Both the position numbers and the translations under genes were made by a program. 32,000 bases of DNA from Patescibacteria group bacterium (GTDB lineage Bacteria; Patescibacteriota; UBA1384; XYA2-FULL-43-10). The notes under the pieces were generated by a model that was not told the origin of the DNA, ran no database searches, and saw nothing but the letters and a program-made list of their open reading frames with translations. This document shows positions 8,030-15,904 of the stretch, piece after piece (within the stretch, counting starts at the first letter, position 1; every line of letters begins with the position of its first letter). The stretch spans positions 1-32,000 of the forward strand of contig JBAYVT010000001.1 of NCBI GenBank assembly GCA_041674405.1, written 5' to 3'.

Positions 8030-9841
8030 TTAGTTCTTTTTTGCCCGGTAGCGTTCTGCAGCGGTGAGGAGTTTTTTGCGCATACGCAGGGATTGTGGGG
8101 TTACCTCAAGTAGTTCATCGTCTTCAAGAAAATCGATGCACTGCTCGAGAGACATTTTTGTATGAGGAGTTAAGATGGTTGCAATATCCGAATTCGAAGC
8201 GCGTACATTGGATAATTTCTTTTCCTTGGTAACGTTGATATCGAGGTCGTCTTCGCGGGAATTTAGCCCCACGATCATCCCAGCGTAAACATCTGTTTGA
8301 GGTGGGATAAAGGTGATTCCTCTCTGCTGGGCGATGTTTAAGCCATAAGTTACGGCTTTGCCAGATTCAAAGGCGATCATTACGCCGTTTCGAAGTTTTG
8401 GAATTGCTGCCCCAACTTTTTCATAGCGCAAAAAGATTGAGTTGATCACTGCTGTTCCTTTAGAAAGTGTCACCAAAGTATTGCGAAGGCCGAGTGTGCC
8501 GCGGGTTGATATCTCAAAAACCAGCCTTGTTGTGGAGTCTGAGTTTTGTGATTGGTGAATTAATATTCCTCGACGTCTGCTGATTTCGCCAATTACCGAA
8601 CTTGCAAATTTATCATCGACGTCGATGGTGAGTTCTTCGATTGGCTCGCAGGTTATTCCGTCAATTTCTCTGGTGATAACTTGGGGTTTGCCGACTTGAA
8701 GCTCGAATCCTTCACGGCGAAGGTTTTCGATAAACACCGATAGGTGGAGTTCACCTCTGCCGGAAATAATATAATTCCCGTCTGCAGCGACATGGAATCG
8801 CATCGCAATATTTGTCTCGAGCTCTTTCATTATTCGCTCGAGTAATTGCCGCAAGGTTACAAACTTGCCTTCGCGTCCGGCGAAAGGTGAAGTATTGGCG
8901 TACATCGAAATTGAAAGCGTAGGCTCCTCGATTGCCATTGAAGGAACGATGTCGATCTCTCCGGGGTCGCAGATTGTGTCGCCGATTGAAACTTTCGAAA
9001 GGCCGGCAATTGAAACAATATCGCCAGATAAGGCTTCCTTGACCTCAATTTTTCTTAGTCCTGCATTTTGAAATATTTTTTCCGCTTTTCCGCTCTGGAC
9101 AGCTCCCTCTTCGTTCGCTAAAACAACATTTTGGCTGGTGGAAATTTTCCCCCGGATTATTTTACCGATTGCGTATTTGCCCAAGAAATTATCGTAGCTG
9201 AGGGCAGAGACCAACATTTGAAACGGCTTGTCGTCGTCTTTTTGCGGCTCTGGTATATACTTAACTATTCCATCCATCACTGGGGTAAGATCTGCGGGAG
9301 AGGTAAAGTCTGCCGGCATTTTTTCCCAAGATTTTCCTTCCCGCCCGATTGCATAATAGATCGGAAAATCGAGCTCGCTATCATCTTTTGCAAGTTCTAG
9401 AAATAGGTCATAAGTTTTATTCAAGGTATTTTCGATATCAGCGTTATTTTTATCGATCTTATTTACGACAACGATAATTTTAAGGCCAATTTCGAGCGCC
9501 TTTTTAAGGACAAACTTGGTCTGGGGCATTGGCCCCTCTTTGGCGTCAATCACCAAGATAGCGCCGTCTGCCATATTCAGCGTTCGCTCGACCTCTCCGG
9601 CGAAATCCGCGTGTCCCGGAGTGTCAATAATATTTATTTTCACTCCCTTGTATTCGATAGAAGTATTTTTGGCAAGAATCGTAATTCCCCGCTCGCGCTC
9701 CTGATCGTTCGAATCTAAAATCAGAGTTTCCGACATTAAGGCCTCATTCTCACGGAATGTTTTTGACTGCTTCAAAAATCCATCAACAAGGGTGGTTTTG
9801 CCATGGTCAACGTGAGCGATTATTGCGACATTTTTTATCAT
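8030..9841 (-). CDS. typA: Translational GTPase TypA/BipA
   Basis: G1 AHVDHGKTTL, G3 DTPGHADF, G4 NKID, and EF-G-like domain order with the TypA C-terminal domain. The start is set at MIKNVAIIAHVDHGKT. The 13 upstream codons of the track ORF lie in a dispersed repeat. Confidence 0.95.
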   Translation of the reverse strand: MIKNVAIIAHVDHGKTTLVDGFLKQSKTFRENEALMSETLILDSNDQERERGITILAKNTSIEYKGVKINIIDTPGHADFAGEVERTLNMADGAILVIDAKEGPMPQTKFVLKKALEIGLKIIVVVNKIDKNNADIENTLNKTYDLFLELAKDDSELDFPIYYAIGREGKSWEKMPADFTSPADLTPVMDGIVKYIPEPQKDDDKPFQMLVSALSYDNFLGKYAIGKIIRGKISTSQNVVLANEEGAVQSGKAEKIFQNAGLRKIEVKEALSGDIVSIAGLSKVSIGDTICDPGEIDIVPSMAIEEPTLSISMYANTSPFAGREGKFVTLRQLLERIMKELETNIAMRFHVAADGNYIISGRGELHLSVFIENLRREGFELQVGKPQVITREIDGITCEPIEELTIDVDDKFASSVIGEISRRRGILIHQSQNSDSTTRLVFEISTRGTLGLRNTLVTLSKGTAVINSIFLRYEKVGAAIPKLRNGVMIAFESGKAVTYGLNIAQQRGITFIPPQTDVYAGMIVGLNSREDDLDINVTKEKKLSNVRASNSDIATILTPHTKMSLEQCIDFLEDDELLEVTPQSLRMRKKLLTAAERYRAKKN

Positions 9842-9853
9842 ATCAATCCTCTT

Positions 9854-9874
9854 GCCCTGAGCGAGGTCGAAGGG
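9854..9874 (+). repeat. 21-nt dispersed repeat, copy A
   Basis: GCCCTGAGCGAGGTCGAAGGG matches the reverse complement of 13053-13073 at 20 of 21 positions. Confidence 0.7.
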
Positions 9875-9898
9875 CAACATTTCTTAATTTCATATTAT

Positions 9899-11155
9899 CT
9901 AGTTTGCTTCGACAAAAGTGAGCGCAAATCCCTTATTATTCCCTCTTCCAGTGCGGCCGATCCGGTGAATATAGTCATTATAGGTCTGGGGAATTGTGTA
10001 ATTGATAACATGCGAGACATTACTGATGTCAAGTCCGCGCGCGGCGACATCTGTGGCAACAAGAATTTGAATTTGGTCATCGCGAAATTTTGATAGCGCC
10101 TTCTGGCGTTGGTTTTGGCGCTTGTCTCCGTGGATAGAATCGGCTCGAAATCCACTCTCTGCGAGATTTTTAGTGAGTTTTTCCACATCGCGCTTGGTCT
10201 CTGAGAAAATAAGGACCTTTTTGGAGCCTTCTTTTGATAAAATATCTGTCAATCGATTGAACTTATTATCAGCGTGCACTTTTACAATATCTTGGTCGAC
10301 ATTTGCCGCTGTCTCACCAGTGATGGTTTTTACAATGACAGGGTTAATTAAAAATTCACGGACAAGAGTCTCGATTTTTATCGGTAGCGTTGCAGAGAAA
10401 AACAGCGATTGACGTTTGTCTGGAAGCTCGGCCAGAATTCGTTTAATTTCATCGACAAAGCCCATATCGAGCATCCGATCGATTTCATCGAGAACAATAT
10501 TTTGAAAAAATGAAAAATTAATATTGGCCCGGTCTTTTAGATCCTTGAGACGTCCGGGAGTACCAATGACGAAATTGGGATGGCTGCGGAGATCTGATAT
10601 CTGGCGGTAGATAGGTACGCCGCCGACGCAAATTGCCGAATATATTCCCATGCCTTTGGCAAATTTGCGAAATTCGACATTTATCTGCTGGGCAAGTTCG
10701 CGAGTTGGCGCAATGATAAGAACTTTTTGATTCTTGTCGCGAAAGCATTTATCGATTAAAGGTAGCAAAAATGCCGCTGTCTTCCCAGTCCCCGTATTGG
10801 CAAGTCCTAGAATATCGCGACCGGACATAACATGCCCGATCGATTGGTCTTGAATTGGAGTTGGAGTTTCGTAACCGATTTCCTTCAAGTTCATATTAAT
10901 TTTTTGTGAGAAAGAAAAATCAGCAAAATTGTGAATAATTTTTACGTGATTCGTGGCGGTGTTTGGAACTGCCTTTTTTACAAAGCGCTGAATATCAATC
11001 ACTTCACCCCTGTTGTGTCGACGAGAATTTTGTGAGTTTGAGTAGCGCGGACGTGAACTGAATTTTCCGTGAGCAGGCTTACTAAAATTTGGTTTTCCGA
11101 ACCGGGAAAATCCACGATCAAAAGAACGTTTTTGGTGAGATCTAAAATTTTGCAT
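9899..11155 (-). CDS. DEAD-box ATP-dependent RNA helicase
   Basis: Motif I ANTGTGKTAAF, Ia PTRELA, II VLDEIDRM (a DEID variant), III SAT and VI HRIGRTGR. There is a basic N-terminal extension. Confidence 0.95.
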   Translation of the reverse strand: MQNFRSHQKRSFDRGFSRFGKPNFSKPAHGKFSSRPRYSNSQNSRRHNRGEVIDIQRFVKKAVPNTATNHVKIIHNFADFSFSQKINMNLKEIGYETPTPIQDQSIGHVMSGRDILGLANTGTGKTAAFLLPLIDKCFRDKNQKVLIIAPTRELAQQINVEFRKFAKGMGIYSAICVGGVPIYRQISDLRSHPNFVIGTPGRLKDLKDRANINFSFFQNIVLDEIDRMLDMGFVDEIKRILAELPDKRQSLFFSATLPIKIETLVREFLINPVIVKTITGETAANVDQDIVKVHADNKFNRLTDILSKEGSKKVLIFSETKRDVEKLTKNLAESGFRADSIHGDKRQNQRQKALSKFRDDQIQILVATDVAARGLDISNVSHVINYTIPQTYNDYIHRIGRTGRGNNKGFALTFVEAN

Positions 11156-11416
11156 ACAATTTCCTACGCGAGATTTCGCGTTAATATTAAAACTTCGAAT
11201 AGCTCTTTAAGAACGTCGAAGTTTTAATTCGGAAATCTAAAGAACGATTTCGAGACTTCGAAAGTATATCATTAATTAGTATTTAAGTCAAGGATTGTAT
11301 CTCGATGAATTAAGAGGTTGTAAGCTTGATGATTGCTCAAGTTGTACCAGTATGAATTGAAAATAATCAATTTCTAAAGGTTAAAACCAATGCGGGCCAA
11401 TTAAAACACAAATAAA

Positions 11417-11483
11417 AAGACCAGAGGAATTAAATAAATTAATTGCTCTGGTCTTGCTCCGACAAACGTCGTCGGAGCACCAG
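11417..11483 (-). terminator. Tandem hairpins terminating the island-2 gene at 11513-11983
   Basis: On the minus strand GCTCCGAC-gacgttt-GTCGGAGC is followed by AAGACCAGAG-(19-nt loop)-CTCTGGTCTT and then TTTTATTTG. Confidence 0.55.
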
Positions 11484-11512
11484 TACCACCTCCAGTTCAC
11501 CAAGACTTGACG

Positions 11513-11983
11513 CTACAGCGCCGGCGGCTGCGGCATGCCGCAGCCAATCATTACGATACCCACGCTGCCTGCGGGTGCAGCCTCCATGATGCGCTCGACG
11601 GTGCACTGCGGGCAGGTGCATGTGGACTTGTCCCTCGTCCAGACCTTCCAACCTGCCGCGACTCCGTAGTGCCGCTCGCCGAAAAGGCCGAAGACAGCCT
11701 TCATCTCGTAGTCGTAGATGTCCGTGATGAGCTTCACCCGCGCTGCATGCTCGAGGCACTGGCGCAGGAAGTCCTTGTTGTCGTCTGTGTCCTGTTCCTC
11801 GATCTCATCGAGTTTCTTCAAGATGCCCTCGGCCTCCGGCCGGAAGCTCTCGATGAGGCTGTACAGGCGCTTCAGCTCCTCGGGCAGGTCCCCGATCACA
11901 TTGGCGTTCTCCGGGATCGGACCCTCGGGCTCGATTAGCTCAACTACTCCCATGCCAGCCAGTACGTCCTGAATCTTTAACAT
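11513..11983 (-). CDS. Orphan hypothetical protein (156 aa) with a CxCxxC motif, GC-rich island 2
   Basis: The ATG at 11983 lies 5 nt after AAGGTGA. Codon third positions are very G/C-rich. Acidic helical N-terminal half. C-terminal CTCPQC plus GCGMPQPP. No family recognised. Confidence 0.7.
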   Translation of the reverse strand: MLKIQDVLAGMGVVELIEPEGPIPENANVIGDLPEELKRLYSLIESFRPEAEGILKKLDEIEEQDTDDNKDFLRQCLEHAARVKLITDIYDYEMKAVFGLFGERHYGVAAGWKVWTRDKSTCTCPQCTVERIMEAAPAGSVGIVMIGCGMPQPPAL

Positions 11984-12038
11984 CGACATCACCTTTATTT
12001 TCACTGCCGATCGTTATCAGTCAGTGCCCCCTTGCCAC

Positions 12039-12088
12039 CTTTCGGGAGCAAATAATCGGAAATAATTCCAAACATTTGCTCCCGAAAG
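12039..12088 (-). promoter_or_regulatory. Strong 5'-UTR hairpin between promoter and RBS of the 11513-11983 gene
   Basis: Perfect 15-bp arms CTTTCGGGAGCAAAT (12039-12053) and ATTTGCTCCCGAAAG (12074-12088). The 20-nt loop contains a nested GGAA-ATAA-TTCC mini-hairpin. No U-tract follows on either strand. Confidence 0.6.
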
Positions 12089-12096
12089 ATTGAATA

Positions 12097-12125
12097 ATAT
12101 TAACATATTAATTCTGATCTGTCAA
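12097..12125 (-). promoter_or_regulatory. Near-consensus sigma70-type promoter for the 11513-11983 gene
   Basis: On the minus strand TTGACA (12125-12120), a 17-nt spacer ending in ATGT, then TAATAT (12102-12097). Confidence 0.6.
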
Positions 12126-12208
12126 CGATCGTGAATTGTAGTGTTTCTTGCCTTCGGTTGGCATAATCACACAATATACTTAAATTACAACCCTCTTAAT
12201 CAAAGAAC

Positions 12209-12226
12209 GAACCGGCACGCCGATTC
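12209..12226 (-). terminator. Possible terminator of the 12256-12891 gene
   Basis: On the minus strand GAATCGG-CGTG-CCGGTTC (one G-U pair) is followed by GTTCTTTGATT. Confidence 0.35.
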
Positions 12227-12255
12227 GCTCAATGATCATCCCCTCTTTTCCAGTT

Positions 12256-12891
12256 CTAGTGGCTCCTGCCCCCTCGGCCTCGGTCCTTTGCGCCGCGCGT
12301 ATCCTTGCCCTGAAGAGCAAGGCGCTTCTGCTTGTCGGCGCGCCTCTTCTTTTGCTCGTCGGTCGGCGATTTCTTCTTGCCCAAGATTCGCTCCTGGGTC
12401 GGCGATTTCCTCGCTTTCTCCTTGGCAAGAAGCGCGCGAACTTCGCGCTTAACCCAGCCATCAAGGCGGTCCAGGTGGACATCCCGTTCCTCCACGCAGA
12501 CGACCTGGAAGAGAAGCGGATCGGTCTTCTGGATGGAAACGCATACCTGCGTGTAGCATCCGTTCCGGTGGTAGATGACGCGGCCGGCGGTGATGAAGCA
12601 CACCGACTGCGGCTCCTTGTCCGGGTTGGTTGCGGTTGTGCTCGAGGCAATTCCCTCCTTCTGGTCGTCCAGGTGGATGCGGTCCGTATTTGTGGGTACG
12701 CTCACATCCATCAGGTTGACGAAGAGTCTCGCCTTGGGGATCCGCGCCATAGCTTGAGGAATCCGATACATCCCGTTGCCCTGGTCGGCAAGCTTGACGA
12801 AGAGCCGCTGCCCGACTACCAAGCAGGCAAGCCTGTGATTGTGGATAATGGCGGCATTGCCATTGTTCCGTGAAACCGCGAAATACAGCAT
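12256..12891 (-). CDS. Orphan hypothetical protein (211 aa) with a K/R-rich C-terminal tail, GC-rich island 2
   Basis: The ATG at 12891 lies 5 nt after GGAGG. A globular N-terminal region of about 150 aa is followed by the tail KEKARKSPTQERILGKKKSPTDEQKKRRADKQKRLALQGKDTRGAKDRGRGGRSH. The tail contains a 12-codon-spaced KSPT repeat, encoded by the 13-nt direct repeat GGTCGGCGATTTC at 12361 and 12397. Confidence 0.7.
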   Translation of the reverse strand: MLYFAVSRNNGNAAIIHNHRLACLVVGQRLFVKLADQGNGMYRIPQAMARIPKARLFVNLMDVSVPTNTDRIHLDDQKEGIASSTTATNPDKEPQSVCFITAGRVIYHRNGCYTQVCVSIQKTDPLLFQVVCVEERDVHLDRLDGWVKREVRALLAKEKARKSPTQERILGKKKSPTDEQKKRRADKQKRLALQGKDTRGAKDRGRGGRSH

Positions 12892-12929
12892 TTTTTCCTC
12901 CTGAGTATTGGTGTGATTGCGGCGATATT

Positions 12930-12958
12930 GTTTTAACATAAATTGTTTAGTTTGTAAA
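12930..12958 (-). promoter_or_regulatory. Sigma70-type promoter for the 12256-12891 gene
   Basis: On the minus strand TTTACA (12958-12953), a 17-nt spacer ending in ATGT, then TAAAAC (12935-12930). Confidence 0.45.
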
Positions 12959-12980
12959 CCTTTAAAAAGGATGTAAACAC

Positions 12981-13012
12981 AAAAACACCGCCGGTGTTCA
13001 GGGCGGTGTTTT
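12981..13012 (-). terminator. Rho-independent (bidirectional-type) terminator downstream of ppdK
   Basis: ACACCGCC...GGCGGTGT stem flanked by an A-run (12981-12985) and a T-run (13009-13012). Confidence 0.7.
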
Positions 13013-13052
13013 AATATAGAATCAGGCTAACTATTTCGATGTATAGGAAATT

Positions 13053-13073
13053 CCCTTCGACTTCGCTCAGGGC
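13053..13073 (-). repeat. 21-nt dispersed repeat, copy B (inverted)
   Basis: CCCTTCGACTTCGCTCAGGGC is the reverse complement of copy A with one mismatch. It lies immediately downstream of the ppdK stop codon. Confidence 0.7.
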
Positions 13074-13077
13074 GAGA

Positions 13078-15726
13078 CTATTTGGAAGTATAGCTGATTC
13101 CGGATTTCGCGGCGATTACGGCTTGTGCAGCGGCAAGTCTGGCGATTGGGACGCGATATGGTGAGCAGGAAACATAATTCATCTTTACTTTGTGGCAGAA
13201 GTGAATTGTGGTAGGATCTCCGCCGTGCTCTCCACAGATGCCGACTTTCAGATTCTTCTTTGATGATCGGCCTTTCTCGATCCCAATCTCAACCATTTTG
13301 CCGACACCGTCTTGGTCGAGAGTTTGGAATGGATCAGCGTCAAAGATGCCAATTTCCTTGTAAACTTTGATGAATTTGCCGGCGTCGTCGCGGGAGAAGC
13401 CCATTGTCATTTGGGTTAAGTCGTTGGTTCCGAAGGAGAAGAATTCAGCTTTCTCAGCGATCTCGTCTGCAGTTACAGCGGCTCGTGGAACTTCGATCAT
13501 TGTGCCAACCTTATAGTCGATCTTGGTTTTGTATTCGGACATGACTCGGGTAGCAGTTTCATCAACAACTTTCTTCTGGTTCTCAAACTCCTTGACATTG
13601 CCTACAAGCGGGATCATGATTTCCGGAACGATCTTAAATCCATCTTTCGCAAGTTCGCAAGCGGCAGAGATGATAGCTTCAGCCTGCATCTCGGTGATTT
13701 CCGGATATGTAATTCCGAGGCGGCAACCGCGGTGGCCAAGCATCGGATTGAATTCGTGCAAATCTTCAGAAACCTGTTTGATCTTGGATTCAGAAATACC
13801 GATTTTTTTCGAAAGAGCTTTGACATCCTCGTTTGTCTTTGGCAAAAACTCATGCAAAGGCGGGTCCAAAAGACGGATGGTTACCGGAAAACCCTTCATT
13901 TCGCGGAAGAGGCCAAGGAAATCTTCTTTCTGGAAAGGTAAGAGCTTTTTCAAGGCTTTTCTTCTTTCGTCTTCGGTATCGGCAAGAATCATCTGTTGCA
14001 TGAATGGAAGGCGCTTCTCGTCGAAAAACATGTGTTCGGTGCGGCAGAGGCCGATGCCTTCGGCGCCAAATTCTCGAGCGGTCTTGGCATCAGTCGGCGT
14101 GTCTGCATTGGTGCGAACTCCGAGGACGCGGGTTTTGTCAGCCCAGCCCATGAGAGTCTTGAATTCGGCTTTGATCTCCGGCTCGATTGTTTTGACCTCG
14201 CCAAGGATGACTTGGCCGGTAGAGCCGTTTAGGGCGATCCATTCCCCTGCTTTGACTGTATATGAACCAACAGTAAATTTCTTCGCTTTTTCATCAATCT
14301 TTATATCACCGCAGCCGGCAACGCATGTTTTGCCCATTCCGCGGGCAACAACTGCGGCGTGGCTGGTCATACCGCCGCGGCAGGTCAAGATTCCCTGTGC
14401 TGCGTACATGCCGTGGATATCATCCGGTGAGGTCTCAGCGCGGACCAGGACGACCTTTTCGTTGTCGCCAAGTTCGGCAGCGGTATCTGCGTCGAAAACG
14501 ACCTTACCGACAGCGGCACCGGGAGAGGCCGGAAGTCCCATTGCGATAACCTCAAGCGTAGCTTTCGGATCGATGACAGGGTGCAAAAGCTGGTCGATAG
14601 TTTCCGGTTCTAGCCGCATTACAGCTTCGTCTTCTCCGATCATTTTCTCTTTGACCAAATCAACAGCGATCTTGACAGCAGCTTGGGCAGTTCTTTTGCC
14701 GGTTCTGGTCTGTAACATGTAGAGCTTGTTTCTTTCGATGGTAAACTCAAAATCCTGAACATCTTTATAATGTTTTTCAAGTTTGTCTGTGATTGCCTTG
14801 AGCTCTGTAAATGCTTTTGGCATCTCCTTCTTGAGATCGGCTATCGGGTGCGGCGTGCGTACGCCGGCTACAACATCTTCGCCCTGTGCATTGGTAAGGA
14901 ATTCACCGTAGAACTCCTTATCACCAGTGGAAGGATTTCTAGTGAATCCGACGCCGGTGGCGCAGTCATCACCCATGTTGCCGAAGACCATTGCCTGGAC
15001 ATTTACGGCTGTTCCCAAATTGTGAGGAATGTTATTCAAGTTTCTGTAAGTATTGGCTCGGTCATTGCCCCAGCTCTCGAATACCGCTTTGTAGGCCATT
15101 TCAAGTTGTTTAGCCGGATCCTCTGGAAATTCTTTGCCGGTCTCTTTCTTGACCAATTTTTTATATCCGTCGATCACATCTAGAAGATCGTCGGCGGTGA
15201 GGTCGGTATCAAGTTTAGCACCGGCTTTGTCTTTGACAAGATCTAGAACATGTTCAAATTTGTCTTTGTCGATAGCAAGTACGACATTTCCGAACATCTG
15301 GATAAATCTTCGGTAGGCGTCGTGAGCAAATCGGGAATTCCCGGTAAGCTCGGCCATGCCTTTGACAGTTTCATCGTTCAAGCCAAGGTTTAGGATCGTA
15401 TCCATCATACCCGGCATCGAGAACTTGGCGCCGGAACGGACGGAGAGAAGGAGCGGATTTTTGGCGTCGCCGAATTTTTTTCCGGTTGACTTTTCAACTT
15501 TTGCAAGCATTGGTGCAAGCTCGGAGTCAAAGTCCTTCGGCAGTTTCTTGCCGTTGTTGTAATAGTAATTGCACATTTCGGTCGTGATAGTAAAACCTGA
15601 TGGGACCGGAACGCCTAAATTCGACATTTCGGCAAGGTTTGCGCCTTTACCGCCCAAGAGAGCTTTCATTTCCGCTTTGCCTTCGGCTTTTCCGTCACCG
15701 AAATAATAGATGTACTTCGTACTCAT
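13078..15726 (-). CDS. ppdK: Pyruvate, phosphate dikinase
   Basis: 882 aa with the N-terminal GGKGANLAEM, the phospho-histidine swivel motif GGMTSHAAVVARGMG and the C-terminal PEP-utilising motif VGICGEHGGDP. Confidence 0.97.
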   Translation of the reverse strand: MSTKYIYYFGDGKAEGKAEMKALLGGKGANLAEMSNLGVPVPSGFTITTEMCNYYYNNGKKLPKDFDSELAPMLAKVEKSTGKKFGDAKNPLLLSVRSGAKFSMPGMMDTILNLGLNDETVKGMAELTGNSRFAHDAYRRFIQMFGNVVLAIDKDKFEHVLDLVKDKAGAKLDTDLTADDLLDVIDGYKKLVKKETGKEFPEDPAKQLEMAYKAVFESWGNDRANTYRNLNNIPHNLGTAVNVQAMVFGNMGDDCATGVGFTRNPSTGDKEFYGEFLTNAQGEDVVAGVRTPHPIADLKKEMPKAFTELKAITDKLEKHYKDVQDFEFTIERNKLYMLQTRTGKRTAQAAVKIAVDLVKEKMIGEDEAVMRLEPETIDQLLHPVIDPKATLEVIAMGLPASPGAAVGKVVFDADTAAELGDNEKVVLVRAETSPDDIHGMYAAQGILTCRGGMTSHAAVVARGMGKTCVAGCGDIKIDEKAKKFTVGSYTVKAGEWIALNGSTGQVILGEVKTIEPEIKAEFKTLMGWADKTRVLGVRTNADTPTDAKTAREFGAEGIGLCRTEHMFFDEKRLPFMQQMILADTEDERRKALKKLLPFQKEDFLGLFREMKGFPVTIRLLDPPLHEFLPKTNEDVKALSKKIGISESKIKQVSEDLHEFNPMLGHRGCRLGITYPEITEMQAEAIISAACELAKDGFKIVPEIMIPLVGNVKEFENQKKVVDETATRVMSEYKTKIDYKVGTMIEVPRAAVTADEIAEKAEFFSFGTNDLTQMTMGFSRDDAGKFIKVYKEIGIFDADPFQTLDQDGVGKMVEIGIEKGRSSKKNLKVGICGEHGGDPTTIHFCHKVKMNYVSCSPYRVPIARLAAAQAVIAAKSGISYTSK

Positions 15727-15836
15727 AGTAGATTCCTATTTAATAATGACGAAATTATATTAGCAAAAAATTATTTTAAGATCAAATATCCTTTATTTAT
15801 AACATTCCCAAATATTTGAGATATCTGATCAAATGA

Positions 15837-15865
15837 TAGACAAATCCGGTAAAATATGTTAAAAA
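15837..15865 (+). promoter_or_regulatory. Candidate sigma70-type promoter of GC-rich island 3
   Basis: TAGACA (15837-15842), a 17-nt spacer ending in ATGT, then TAAAAA (15860-15865). Weaker than the other island promoters. Confidence 0.35.
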
Positions 15866-15904
15866 AGATTGCGCACATCATCCAGCACCCAACAGGAGAA
15901 AACC

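Noticed and set aside
9842-9880. 13-codon N-terminal extension of TypA (MLPFDLAQGKRID)
   Set aside because: The extension is encoded by the dispersed 21-nt repeat. The conserved TypA N-terminus begins at MIKNVAIIAHVDHGKT (ATG at 9841).
11439-12939. Multiple overlapping alternative-frame ORFs in island 2 (11439-11759, 11507-11938, 11718-11972, 12141-12452, 12180-12650, 12232-12873, 12332-12556, 12575-12757) and the N-terminal extension to 12939
   Set aside because: High GC suppresses stop codons, so all frames stay open. Only the two chosen minus-strand frames have an SD plus ATG, a promoter, a terminator and protein-like composition. The ATG at 12939 lies inside the predicted promoter.
13523-14722. 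399-aa plus-strand ORF inside ppdK
   Set aside because: It is antisense to a full-length, motif-complete PPDK. Its S/T/R/P-rich low-complexity translation is typical of a shadow ORF in relatively GC-rich coding sequence.
13078-15726. ppdK as a possible fifth foreign island because its GC (about 50% in one line I counted) is above the backbone
   Set aside because: The shift is moderate and gradual, and the protein is a highly conserved core enzyme. Other conserved host genes (typA, the helicase) are also above the backbone minimum. This fits amino-acid and expression constraints rather than an insertion.
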